Shown here: positions 48,177 to 57,071 of the stretch, piece by piece
How the letters are laid out: each line of letters opens with the position of its first letter
How positions within the stretch are numbered: the first letter of the stretch is position 1
Origin: a virus
Lineage: Duplodnaviria > Caudoviricetes
Strand: one strand, 5' to 3'
IMG/VR virus record: IMGVR_UViG_3300028048_000072
Coordinates: 1-64,000 of that record
Length of the DNA stretch: 64,000 nt
The notes under the pieces: model-generated
Database searches by the model: none
What the model was told of the DNA's origin: nothing
Seen by the model: only the letters and a program-made list of their open reading frames with translations
Position numbers and translations under genes: made by a program

Positions 48177-49460
48177 ATGAAAAATTATCTAAATAAAACA
48201 GAATTGCGTAAAAAATTTAAAATATGTGCCGATACTTTAGATAAAATATTAAATTATCTTAATTTGCCTTTTGAAATTAGAATGACAAAAAATTATAAAC
48301 AAGTACCTTATTATAATCAAGAAAATATCAATAAAATTGAAAAATTTATAAAAGAAGAATACAATTCAAATTTTTTCTTTTCATTATCGTGGAGTAAAAA
48401 AGGTTGGAGTATTCCCATGATTGCAAAAGAATTAAATTGTGATAGATGTAAAATTGAAAGAATGATAAAAATATTAAATCTACATTATGAAAAAGGAAAA
48501 GGAAAACAGAATTATTATACAGATAATGAAAAAGATTTAATTGTGAACGGTCTAAATTCTAATATAAGAAAAGAATTTCAAAACTTATATTATGTTCATA
48601 CTTTAGCAAAATATTTTAATGTTGATGATTCTACCATAAATCATTGGATTGATTTTTTAAATTTGAATTATCAAATAAATAACAAAGGAAAATATTTAGA
48701 TGAATATGAATTTGATAAATTAAAAAATTATGTAAATAATCATGATATTCATAAGGACATATGGAAAAGTAAAAAACAAAAATATTTTTATAACGGATAT
48801 ACTTTATTATCTTCATTAAAAGAAAATTATAATATATCAAACATACCGTATAATTATTGTGATTATTTAGGAATTAAAGTTTATGATTTTCCAAATCATT
48901 TAAGTGGTAATATTTCACATTATATCAAGAATAAAGATGTTGAAAAATTAATAAATTATTTAAATTCTATGAATTCTAAAGAAAGACAATTACATATGAT
49001 GAAAATTACAAATAATAAGAAATTTGGATGCGATTATTATTCTCAATCATCTAACGCAAAACGAAAATCTAAATGGTTATTTGATAATATTAATTTTGAT
49101 TCAAAGTGGGAAATTTATTATTACTTTTATTTAAAAAACAATAATATAAATTTTCAAATGCAAATTCCTATGGATTATTATGAAGATAATGGTAAACATA
49201 GAGTATATAAGTGTGATTTTTATTTAATTGATTCTGATGAATATATTGAAATTAAAAATCCAAAATGTTTAAATGAGAAAGGTGAACTTATTGAATTTTA
49301 TAAAAGTGATTCTAAATCGAAAATAAATGCTAAATATAAATGTATGATAGAACATAATGTAAAAATAATTTCTAAGGAAAAAATAGAATTTTATATGGAA
49401 TATTTTAAGAAAAATTGTAAAATTCCAATAATTGATGCAAGAAAAAAATCAAACGAATAA
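48177..49460 (+). CDS. wHTH repeats + KFG repeat + PD-(D/E)xK nuclease (no modifier domain)
   Basis: About four wHTH-like repeats; KKFGCDYYSQS; FDSKWE...YKCDFYL...YIEIK. Confidence 0.7.
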   Translation: MKNYLNKTELRKKFKICADTLDKILNYLNLPFEIRMTKNYKQVPYYNQENINKIEKFIKEEYNSNFFFSLSWSKKGWSIPMIAKELNCDRCKIERMIKILNLHYEKGKGKQNYYTDNEKDLIVNGLNSNIRKEFQNLYYVHTLAKYFNVDDSTINHWIDFLNLNYQINNKGKYLDEYEFDKLKNYVNNHDIHKDIWKSKKQKYFYNGYTLLSSLKENYNISNIPYNYCDYLGIKVYDFPNHLSGNISHYIKNKDVEKLINYLNSMNSKERQLHMMKITNNKKFGCDYYSQSSNAKRKSKWLFDNINFDSKWEIYYYFYLKNNNINFQMQIPMDYYEDNGKHRVYKCDFYLIDSDEYIEIKNPKCLNEKGELIEFYKSDSKSKINAKYKCMIEHNVKIISKEKIEFYMEYFKKNCKIPIIDARKKSNE

Positions 49461-49484
49461 TTGAATAAAATTAAACAATTTCCC

Positions 49485-49532
49485 TTGACCTAATTATAAA
49501 TCTCTTGTATATTATATGTATACAAGAGATTT
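49485..49532 (+). promoter_or_regulatory. Sigma70-type promoter TTGACC-17-TATATT overlapped by a 14-bp hairpin
   Basis: AAATCTCTTGTATA-TTATATG-TATACAAGAGATTT. Confidence 0.65.
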
Positions 49533-49548
49533 TTTAATTTAAAGGGGT

Positions 49549-49971
49549 ATGATTATGAACTACAAAACACTTAAAAAGGAACTTACTAAACTTGCAAAGG
49601 CAAATAATGTTTGTCTTACATTTGGTGAAAAGAAACAGTTTGAAAAAGGTTGTTTTTTGATTACTAATCATGGATTTGTAAAAGGTTCTGATGGTGTTGT
49701 AGAAGTTGAATCAGAAATTCCTTCTAATGCAAATTGGACTTCTCGTGGCAAAGGTTATTGGATGCATGATGAAAATGGCAAGGCTACAGAATATCGTGAT
49801 GTTGTACATTGGAGTTATAGGGAATATTCTATTGTAGATGTTGAGAAGATATTCAATCATTATGGTAGAATGGTTCTTGAATCTGCAGATTGTTATAACG
49901 ATTCAAAATATGGAAAACATGATTTGCTCAAGACTTATCGTGTTTATTTATCAGAAGAATATTTGAAATAA
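49549..49971 (+). CDS. Hypothetical protein (early)
   Basis: RBS and promoter present; ends VYLSEEYLK, like the next gene (VYLSDEYLK). Confidence 0.7.
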   Translation: MIMNYKTLKKELTKLAKANNVCLTFGEKKQFEKGCFLITNHGFVKGSDGVVEVESEIPSNANWTSRGKGYWMHDENGKATEYRDVVHWSYREYSIVDVEKIFNHYGRMVLESADCYNDSKYGKHDLLKTYRVYLSEEYLK

Positions 49972-49983
49972 AGGAGTAATGAT

Positions 49984-50304
49984 ATGTCATTAAATGAATT
50001 GATTAGATTTGCTAAAATGCATAATATTGATTTTGATAAAGATATTATTTGTGTATCACAAGTTGACGGTGAAATTTATTTAGATAATCTCGAACAGATT
50101 GCTATGAAAGAAACAGATGAAGGAAATAAACTTGTGGTTATTCCTTTTGTGTATTCTTATGATGCTGATATGAATAAAGAATTTGAATTTTGTGATACTG
50201 TAAACTCATGTGATGATGATGCTTATGACAGATGTTCAAATTGTGGTTCATCAAATACATCTAAAGATGGATTTGTTTATTTGTCTGATGAATACTTGAA
50301 ATAA
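49984..50304 (+). CDS. Hypothetical protein
   Basis: AAGGAG RBS; Cys-rich C-terminal part. Confidence 0.7.
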   Translation: MSLNELIRFAKMHNIDFDKDIICVSQVDGEIYLDNLEQIAMKETDEGNKLVVIPFVYSYDADMNKEFEFCDTVNSCDDDAYDRCSNCGSSNTSKDGFVYLSDEYLK

Positions 50305-50385
50305 GTAAATGAATGAAAAAAAAAAGGCTATAATTTAATTTATAGTCTTTTTCATTATAACTATTATATTTATGGAGATAATATC

Positions 50386-50964
50386 ATGGAAATTAAAGAT
50401 GAATTTGATTTTAGAGATTTAATGAATAAATGTTGGAGTGGTGCTAAAAATACACTTGAAATGATTGAAGATAAGGGATATGAAGATGAACTTATGTCAC
50501 ATTTGGAAGATGTATTTTATGGTGATATTCCAACTTTAACAGAAGTAAATGATTATCTTTGGTTTGAAGAAGATGCAATCAAAGAAGCATTGGGAATTTT
50601 TGAACTTGATGAAAAAATTAATATTTCAGAAGTTGAAAAAGCAAATGATAACCTTGCAGATTGGCGAAAGCCTAGAATGATTACTGATGGTGATTTAATT
50701 GCTTATGATGATTTAATGGATGGTTCAATGTCTGAATCTGATTTGTCAGAACAAATCGATGAAATCACTACAAAAATTGGTGAAGTTAATGACAAAGTAG
50801 ATGAACTTCTTGATGTAGATAACGAAGATGATTTTGATACTACTAAAGATGAACTTTATGATTTGGTAAATGAACTTGATAATCTCATTATCGATTATGT
50901 AAAAGATAATACAAAAGTTTACAAAGAAATTGAAGATATTTGTGAAACATTTGAAAACCTTTAA
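50386..50964 (+). CDS. Very acidic two-domain hypothetical protein
   Basis: CWSGAKNTL...PTLTEVNDYLWFE N-domain followed by an acidic helical C-domain; TAACTAT at 50358. Confidence 0.75.
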   Translation: MEIKDEFDFRDLMNKCWSGAKNTLEMIEDKGYEDELMSHLEDVFYGDIPTLTEVNDYLWFEEDAIKEALGIFELDEKINISEVEKANDNLADWRKPRMITDGDLIAYDDLMDGSMSESDLSEQIDEITTKIGEVNDKVDELLDVDNEDDFDTTKDELYDLVNELDNLIIDYVKDNTKVYKEIEDICETFENL

Positions 50965-51022
50965 TTTATAATAAATAAGGCTAGACTTAAAAAAATCTAG
51001 CCTTACTTTTAAGGAAATACAT

Positions 51023-51295
51023 ATGAGAGATATTAGAAATAAACAATTGAGAGCAAAACTTGATAAATTAGGAATTAAAGATGTTGTTCTTAATTTTGAC
51101 AATGGATTCGTAGATGTTTGGTCAGAAGATGATTTGACAGATACAATTCTTCATTATACAGATAATTCAATCGAAACTAGATTATTTTCTGATTATACAG
51201 TTGATGAATGGGTGGATATGATTAAAGATATTTTTGATGATGGTTTAGAACATTATGAACGAAGAAATTCTAAGAATACGATTATTCTTAAATAG
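51023..51295 (+). CDS. Hypothetical protein
   Basis: AAGGA RBS. Confidence 0.65.
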   Translation: MRDIRNKQLRAKLDKLGIKDVVLNFDNGFVDVWSEDDLTDTILHYTDNSIETRLFSDYTVDEWVDMIKDIFDDGLEHYERRNSKNTIILK

Positions 51296-51337
51296 AAGCA
51301 ATCAGTTTAACTATATTTAATTGAGGAGTGAATATTT

Positions 51338-51643
51338 ATGTACGTTATAAATGATGAAGATTTAATTTATAAAGTTCGTATAGATAAACAAGATATTGTT
51401 GATTATGGCGATGAAAAATCATACATGATTATAAAACTTGATTTAGTTTGTGGAAAAGATTGGATAGAAGTTAATTCTTATGGAGGAACACAAGGTTGGA
51501 TTCCTCCTGAATATTTCGTTGATGAAGTTCAGTTTGAACAAGTTGTATGCTATTTCTATGAAGAAAGTATAATTAATGTTCTTGAAGAAAATGGATTCAA
51601 AGAAATTAAGAAACTTCCAAAGATTGAAAAACCAAAAGAATAA
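51338..51643 (+). CDS. Hypothetical protein
   Basis: GAGGAG RBS and TAACTAT at 51308. Confidence 0.7.
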   Translation: MYVINDEDLIYKVRIDKQDIVDYGDEKSYMIIKLDLVCGKDWIEVNSYGGTQGWIPPEYFVDEVQFEQVVCYFYEESIINVLEENGFKEIKKLPKIEKPKE

Positions 51644-51659
51644 ATAGGAGAATAAAATT

Positions 51660-52263
51660 ATGAATATTAAAGAACGTTCAGAAGAAAATGAAATTATTGT
51701 TTCAGAACTTCTAGATACAGTTGAGTATTTTTTGTGGATTGTTTGAAGAACTAGGAGAACTTAAAGGAAATGCGTTAAAAGACCTTAAAAATGCGGTAGA
51801 AAGACTTGAAGTGTTTAATTCTATAGGTTCTATTTATCAATGGGGAGTTGAAGTTTTGAATAAATGTGGAATTAAATATAAAGGCTTGAAAGAAAGCAAG
51901 AAATCTATGAAAGAATCTAAAGAATATAATTTTGATTATTTTTATCAATTATTAAAAGATGATAAACATTTTTCTGTAAATTATGCTCATGATGATTTAC
52001 CTGATGATGATACAGTTTATGCAAATGGAACAGTTGATGTTAAATGGTTTATAGATGGAAAAAGATTAAATCATTCGGCTATTCTCTCAATACCTTGCTT
52101 TAGTATGGTATTTACATATGAAGGTCTTTTGTTTAATTGTGAACGTGGTAGTAGATATGATTCTATAATCGGATATGCAGATATTTCAGATGTTCGTTTT
52201 ACGTCAGATGTACTTAGTTTGTTATTAGTAAATGGATTAAGAGTTACATTTAACTTGTATTAA
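51660..52263 (+). pseudogene. Two-domain protein with a KES linker, interrupted by an extra T in a T6 run (51728..51733)
   Basis: AGGAG-ATG at 51660 stops at 51746; removing one T joins it to the 51721..52263 frame (VEYFCGLFEE...). Confidence 0.55.
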
Positions 52264-52292
52264 TGGTGAATTTAATCATAGGAGAATAAATT

Positions 52293-52679
52293 ATGATGGG
52301 ATATAGTGGATTGTATAAAGGTACTCGTGGTGCTAAAGAAATGAAAGAATCAAGAGATAATGGTCAAGTTAAATATGATGATATTTACGCTTGTGATGTA
52401 AGATATGATGTATTTGTAGAAGTTTATGATAAAGATAAATATAAACAACTTGCCGATGAAGATTTATTGTTATGGACTAAATCAGAAAAAGATGTAAATT
52501 TGAATTGGAAAATGTTTCAAGATGAAATCAGTTATCTTAGAGATGATATGAATAGTTCAGATGATTTCAGTATGAAATTACAATTATCGAATGGAACACT
52601 TCACATTTATACAATTTATGATGGAGATGATTCTATCGTTATGGAAATTTATGTTGTTCCAAAAATTGTAACAAATTAA
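52293..52679 (+). CDS. Hypothetical protein with a short basic leader ending MKES
   Basis: AGGAG RBS. Confidence 0.7.
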   Translation: MMGYSGLYKGTRGAKEMKESRDNGQVKYDDIYACDVRYDVFVEVYDKDKYKQLADEDLLLWTKSEKDVNLNWKMFQDEISYLRDDMNSSDDFSMKLQLSNGTLHIYTIYDGDDSIVMEIYVVPKIVTN

Positions 52680-52694
52680 TAGGAGAATAAAATT

Positions 52695-53081
52695 ATGGAT
52701 AAGAAAATTACAGAAAAATTTGATGCACCAAAAGATTGGGATTTTGATGATATGTTATCACAATATGGTTTTGAGTATTTAGGTGAACATAATCCTGATG
52801 TAGAACCATATGATATGGGCGAATTTAATGACCTTACAGATTATAGGGATGACCCACTTGAAGCAATTACTAGAGCGTTTTTTGGTGGAAGATATGGATT
52901 TAAAAATGATTCATTCAATCCTAATGACGAATATTTTGCTTATAATGGTTATGGAAATCTCATTTCAATTAAAGATTATGACATTCTCGATTATTTTAAA
53001 GATTATATTGATGAAGGAGAATTTTATGATTGGTGTGTAGATAATGGATATTTTGAATCTGATGAAGATGAGGAGGAGTAA
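52695..53081 (+). CDS. Acidic hypothetical protein, paralog of 714..1124
   Basis: Shared APKDWDFD, NGYGN and WCVxxGYFESDE motifs. Confidence 0.85.
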   Translation: MDKKITEKFDAPKDWDFDDMLSQYGFEYLGEHNPDVEPYDMGEFNDLTDYRDDPLEAITRAFFGGRYGFKNDSFNPNDEYFAYNGYGNLISIKDYDILDYFKDYIDEGEFYDWCVDNGYFESDEDEEE

Positions 53082-53084
53082 TTC

Positions 53085-53963
53085 ATGATTAAAAAGTTCA
53101 TTTATGGTCAAGAAATCATAGATTTCCTTGAAGAATATGGTTACAATAAGCGTGGTGAAGATTTTGAACAACATAAAGATTATTCTACAGTAACATATAT
53201 GTATGCTATTCCTAAAGGTATGCGACCACAAACACCTTATGTAGAATTTACAGTGGATGCAGATAATGATGCATTTATCTTTGGTGAATATTTTACAGAT
53301 GGTAGAAAAGGATATTCAACAGAATTTGATTCTGTAGAAGATTTGGAATATTTTGTTTCTAATGCAAATTATAAAAATTCAGATTTGACAGAATCTAAAA
53401 ATATTCCAACAATTGAAGGTAATTATAAAGCAAATGATGGAAATGACTATTATAACATTGCATTAAATCTTGAAAATGGTGATTTTGTAAGAATTAAAAA
53501 TGCTAGTTGTACCGCTGTAGCAGAAGAAATGGCATGTGAATATTTTAATGTTCCTTGTAATGCTATGACTTATAAAACTATTAAAATTATTTTTATGGGA
53601 ACTTCACCAAATCTTGATTTGAATAAAATCCCTAAGAAATATCAGAAATATTTCAATAAAATCAATGAATCTAAAAAATCATTGAAAGAATCTACAATTG
53701 AAAAAGATATTGAAGATTATGTTTATAATAAAGTATCTTCTTTATATGATTCTATTGTAGAAGTAACATATAATGATAATGATGAACTTGTTATTAAAAT
53801 TGGTGTATGGGATTTGTATGGAACTAATAAAGCAGATAAAATTTCATCAATGTTATCAAGAGATAATTATTTCATGAAAATGGTAGATAATACTGATAGA
53901 ATTTGTAAGTTGTCAATTTATGATGTTGAAAAACCATCTGTATATCGTGTAGACCAAATCTAA
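53085..53963 (+). CDS. Apparent three-domain polyprotein with LTES and INES-KKS-LKES linkers
   Basis: Three segments of about 90-100 aa separated by Lys-rich xxES linkers. Confidence 0.7.
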   Translation: MIKKFIYGQEIIDFLEEYGYNKRGEDFEQHKDYSTVTYMYAIPKGMRPQTPYVEFTVDADNDAFIFGEYFTDGRKGYSTEFDSVEDLEYFVSNANYKNSDLTESKNIPTIEGNYKANDGNDYYNIALNLENGDFVRIKNASCTAVAEEMACEYFNVPCNAMTYKTIKIIFMGTSPNLDLNKIPKKYQKYFNKINESKKSLKESTIEKDIEDYVYNKVSSLYDSIVEVTYNDNDELVIKIGVWDLYGTNKADKISSMLSRDNYFMKMVDNTDRICKLSIYDVEKPSVYRVDQI

Positions 53964-54069
53964 TAAAATAAATATTTAAAAATGTCAAATCCCATGTGTT
54001 AATTTACATGGGATTTTTTATTGAAATCTAATTAAAAATAATATAATATGTATAATAAGTGGAGTATTT

Positions 54070-54981
54070 ATGAAAACATACGGATTGCCATATAAGGGAA
54101 GTAAAGATAAAATTGCCGATAAAATTTGTTCTTTGTTTCCTATTCGTGAAAACTTTTATGATTTATTTATGGGCGGAGGCAGTATAATCCATTATCAATT
54201 GTTACAAGATAATTATAAAAATTATTTTGCCAATGATTTTAATTCTTTAGTAGTAAAAGCATTTAACATGGCTATTCATGGAAAATTTAAGAATGAAAAT
54301 AGATGGATTAGTCATGAAGATTTTGATAAATTAAAAAATATAGACCCTTATGTTGCGTTCTGCTTCAGTTTTGGAAACGATTTAAAGTCATACGCATATG
54401 GTAAAGACATAGAATCTTATAAAAAAGCATTACATTATTTAGTGATTTTTCAAGATGAAAGTTTAATGAAACAATTATTTCTAAACGTAGATTTTTCTTT
54501 TGTACACGATATTAAAGATATTAATAATCGAAGATTGAAAGTAAAAAGAGTTATCGATAATATCTTGAATGAAGATGATAATAGAATAAGAAGCAATGAA
54601 TCTTTACAATCATTAATTCAATTAGAATCTGTTCAAAGGCTCGAATCGGTGAAAAGGCTCGAAATTTTTTCGGCAAGTTATGATGAAATAAAAATTAAAC
54701 CTAATTCTGTTATATATTGTGATATTCCTTATAAATCCACAAACAAATATGAGATTTCCAAAGATTTTGATTATGATAAATTTTATAATTGGTGTGAAAA
54801 ACAAACTGAATTATGCTTTATTTCAGAATATAATATGCCAAAAGATAGATTTACATGTATAGCAGAATTTAAACATAGAAGTATTATATCTGCAAAAGAA
54901 AATCAATCTGTAATAGAAAGAGTTTTCTTACCGAATCATCAAGTAAAAGATTATAAACCTAATGATATATTTAATATGTAA
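54070..54981 (+). CDS. DNA adenine methyltransferase (D12/Dam-like)
   Basis: GLPYKGSK, YDLFMGGGS, IYCDIPY, FISEY. Confidence 0.85.
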   Translation: MKTYGLPYKGSKDKIADKICSLFPIRENFYDLFMGGGSIIHYQLLQDNYKNYFANDFNSLVVKAFNMAIHGKFKNENRWISHEDFDKLKNIDPYVAFCFSFGNDLKSYAYGKDIESYKKALHYLVIFQDESLMKQLFLNVDFSFVHDIKDINNRRLKVKRVIDNILNEDDNRIRSNESLQSLIQLESVQRLESVKRLEIFSASYDEIKIKPNSVIYCDIPYKSTNKYEISKDFDYDKFYNWCEKQTELCFISEYNMPKDRFTCIAEFKHRSIISAKENQSVIERVFLPNHQVKDYKPNDIFNM

Positions 54982-55051
54982 TTTTTTTCTTGAATTAATC
55001 ATTGTTTTAATGTATGATATATTCATATCTATTATTGGAGGATAATTTTAC

Positions 55052-56221
55052 ATGTTGGCAACATCAATTAGACCTACTAAATGGGAAGATATTATCGGTC
55101 AAGATATTATCGTGAAAGGTCTTAAAAATTTTCTTAAACAGAAGAATGTACCTAATTGTATTGTTCTAGCGGGTTCAAGTGGTTGTGGTAAAAATACAAT
55201 CGCAAATCTTCTTTCTATGTGTATTCAGAATATGGATGAATTGGATGAAAATTGTAATCCAAATTTGGAATCAAGTTCAAGTAAAGATATTTTGAATGAA
55301 AGATTTACAAGAGATGTTCATGTTTATAATGGTGGATTGTTTTCTCCTGAAGTTCTCAAAGAAGTATCTGAAATTACATCTTATAATGCACAATTTGATG
55401 ATAATGTAATTATTATTATTAATGAATGTCAGTTGATTAATCCTACTACAATGAAAAAACTTTTGGAAAAAATTGAATGTAATACAAAAGGTGTTTATTG
55501 GATTTTTACATCTACAGACATTTCTAAATTTCAGAATACTTATAAAGATAATGTAGGTAAGGATGCAGAAAAAAATGCTTTTAGGTCAAGAATTTCCATG
55601 TTCACAATTAAACCTATTCAGACAAATATATTGATGGATTTTTTGTTTAAATTGGCAAATGATTTTGACCCTAATGGTGAAAAATTAACTGATATTTTCT
55701 TTGAAGAAGGAATTACTACAATTGCAGAAGGCTCAAAAAATAATCTTAGACAAGCAATTAATGATTTCTATACCGCTGTAAATTCAGAATGTTATGATAG
55801 AGAATCTATTATAAATCTTTTGAATTATGAAGATGAAAAGAAAGAATATGAACAGATGATTATGCTTGCAAGAAAAGATAAATCATTTTTATCATTTATT
55901 CAGAATTTTGATGATGTAGAATCATTCTTCAATTATACATGGAAAATTATTTCTGATAACTTGATGCGTGATATTTCAGAAGTACCATTTAAAGAAGAAT
56001 ATAAAGAAAAGTCATATAAAACATTTAAAACTTTGGGTACATTGAATGAACTTTCTGATTTATATTCAAGAGTGAATATGTTGAATAACGGATATTTCAG
56101 AACATCAATTTATTTTGGTGAATTGTGTAAATATTATAAAGGTGAAAAGAAAATTGTTGAAAATATACAGACAACAAACGCACCTATTAAAAAAGTAAAG
56201 AAAATCATTAAGGAGAATTAG
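55052..56221 (+). CDS. Clamp loader AAA+ ATPase (DnaX/RFC-like)
   Basis: IRPTKWEDIIGQ, GSSGCGKNT, IIINECQ, FRSR, NLRQAIN. Confidence 0.8.
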   Translation: MLATSIRPTKWEDIIGQDIIVKGLKNFLKQKNVPNCIVLAGSSGCGKNTIANLLSMCIQNMDELDENCNPNLESSSSKDILNERFTRDVHVYNGGLFSPEVLKEVSEITSYNAQFDDNVIIIINECQLINPTTMKKLLEKIECNTKGVYWIFTSTDISKFQNTYKDNVGKDAEKNAFRSRISMFTIKPIQTNILMDFLFKLANDFDPNGEKLTDIFFEEGITTIAEGSKNNLRQAINDFYTAVNSECYDRESIINLLNYEDEKKEYEQMIMLARKDKSFLSFIQNFDDVESFFNYTWKIISDNLMRDISEVPFKEEYKEKSYKTFKTLGTLNELSDLYSRVNMLNNGYFRTSIYFGELCKYYKGEKKIVENIQTTNAPIKKVKKIIKEN

Positions 56222-56225
56222 ATAT

Positions 56226-56504
56226 ATGACTAATGAACAGATTAAAGAAAAAATTAAATTTTTGGGAAAGAATGTTTCTATTGTAAATAAAAATTTGAAT
56301 GAATATAGAAAAGATTTGAAAATTATTGAAAAGAATATTCTTGAACTCAAATCTAAAAATGGTAATCTTACTAGAGATGAAACTTTGAAATATCTTCTTT
56401 TGAAAGATAAAAGAAAGATTTATACTAATGTAATTCATGAGAAAAAGATTGAAGTAAAATATTTTTCTAAGAAGATTTCTGAATATGAAAAAGATTTGAA
56501 ATAA
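56226..56504 (+). CDS. Hypothetical coiled-coil protein
   Basis: AAGGAG RBS. Confidence 0.65.
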   Translation: MTNEQIKEKIKFLGKNVSIVNKNLNEYRKDLKIIEKNILELKSKNGNLTRDETLKYLLLKDKRKIYTNVIHEKKIEVKYFSKKISEYEKDLK

Positions 56505-56516
56505 AAGGAGTTTATA

Positions 56517-57062
56517 GTGGTTAGTTTTGATTTCCTAGAATCTGATGCAGAAAAAGTAAATTTTATAAATAACATTGGTAATTTGATTAAAAATGGTGAA
56601 ATTTCTCCTGAAGCATTAAATGAATGTTTGGGTAATTTCTTTTCCATCACAAGATATATTTTGACACTTTATGAATCTGTATCTTTGGAAGATGATAATT
56701 TGAAGTTACAATATAAATTGTGGTGGTCAGATAAATACGATGATGCACAAATTTATTTGAGTAAGGATACAAGTCCATCAAAGACAATATCAGATACTAA
56801 AATTGAGAATCGTGTAATTGTTTCTAATAAAGAAGAATATGAAGAATGGCAGAAAAAACTTATTATGAGTGAAAAGCGAAAATCTTTTTACTATCGTATT
56901 TTAGAATCATGGAAAGCCAATTCTAAACAAATCACAGAACTTTCTCAAAATATGAGAACTGAATTAATGTCTTTATCTGTAGAAAAGAAAGCGAACGAAG
57001 ATTTAACTAAAGAAGGATTAATTCGTCATGCTAAAATTAAAAAAGTAAAATTAGATGATTAG
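56517..57062 (+). CDS. UvsY-like recombination mediator, putative
   Basis: Helical 'YKLWWSDKY...ISDTKIENRV...EYEEWQKKL...ILESWK' pattern. Confidence 0.45.
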   Translation: MVSFDFLESDAEKVNFINNIGNLIKNGEISPEALNECLGNFFSITRYILTLYESVSLEDDNLKLQYKLWWSDKYDDAQIYLSKDTSPSKTISDTKIENRVIVSNKEEYEEWQKKLIMSEKRKSFYYRILESWKANSKQITELSQNMRTELMSLSVEKKANEDLTKEGLIRHAKIKKVKLDD

Positions 57063-57071
57063 GAGATAAAA

